Below are positions 63,186-64,000 of a stretch of DNA of 64,000 nucleotides, in pieces. Below the pieces are notes generated by a model. It worked only from the letters and a program-made list of their open reading frames with translations, did not search any database and had not been told where the DNA came from. How positions within the stretch are numbered: position 1 is the first letter of the stretch; each line of letters begins with the position of its first letter. The position numbers and the translations under genes were made by a program. The stretch spans positions 96,001-160,000 of the forward strand of contig CAWEMM010000014.1 in the NCBI GenBank assembly GCA_963810095.1. The letters run 5' to 3'. This DNA comes from an uncultured Chloroflexia bacterium (GTDB lineage Bacteria > Chloroflexota > Anaerolineae > CG2-30-64-16).

Positions 63186-63494
63186 GCGAAAGTTGCCGCC
63201 GATTGCAGGAGCTGGTCAGTCTTTGCAGGCTGACCGGCAGTGACTCGGATGGCATTAGGTGCTGCTCCCGCATCTGAGCGGCGCCGGCGATAGGTGCAAA
63301 ACAGGAAGGCTGGCGGCGGGTGACCCGCAAGTCGCCTCGAGTCGGCGGCCTAAGGGTGCTTTTGCCCCCGTTCCCTGAGGCCTGCCTCGTCAGCGTTGCT
63401 GGACGGGGCATTTGTTTGTAAATACGCATGTAGGGGCTGACTGTCCGCAGAGCGTCGGCTAAGCCCTTGCTCACATCAAGGAGCATGTGTCATC

Positions 63495-64000
<506 letters not shown>

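Noticed and set aside
63350-63370. T-box antiterminator (TAAGGGTGC...)
   Set aside because: Lacks the GGTGGNACC consensus and a recognisable specifier stem.

Overview
High-GC (about two-thirds G+C by eye) bacterial chromosomal window, most likely Chloroflexota (Anaerolineae/Caldilineae-like). This is inferred from the RpoB/RpoC/RpoD insertions, a C-terminal VYLPLIDR motif and the palindromic repeat types. From left to right it carries: two large secreted S8 subtilases; a yggT-proC-yggS-pgeF-radical SAM block; ydcF; nrdR-nrdJ; a near-complete dcw cluster (mraZ to ftsZ, no murE, three unexplained inserted genes); a small sugar-metabolism group; tRNA-Asn; dnaG-rpoD; htrA, sdaA, a UroD-family gene and comM; rpoB-rpoC; and the str operon (rpsL-rpsG-fusA-tuf, tuf truncated by the window edge). 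Many essential genes contain single-base frameshifts, densest at about 0-7.5 kb, 21-34 kb and 54-63 kb. I read these as long-read indel errors, so gene coordinates span the joined fragments. I see no CRISPR array, integrase, transposase or prophage. The best leads for undescribed biology are: a 206-nt dual-coding ftsW/murG overlap, a CvpA-like gene pair inside dcw, an AT-rich 29-bp inverted repeat, composite palindromic repeats bracketing a 5-gene block, a structured 300-nt tuf leader, and a transaldolase-fold enzyme with a non-canonical active site. None of these is proven from sequence alone.
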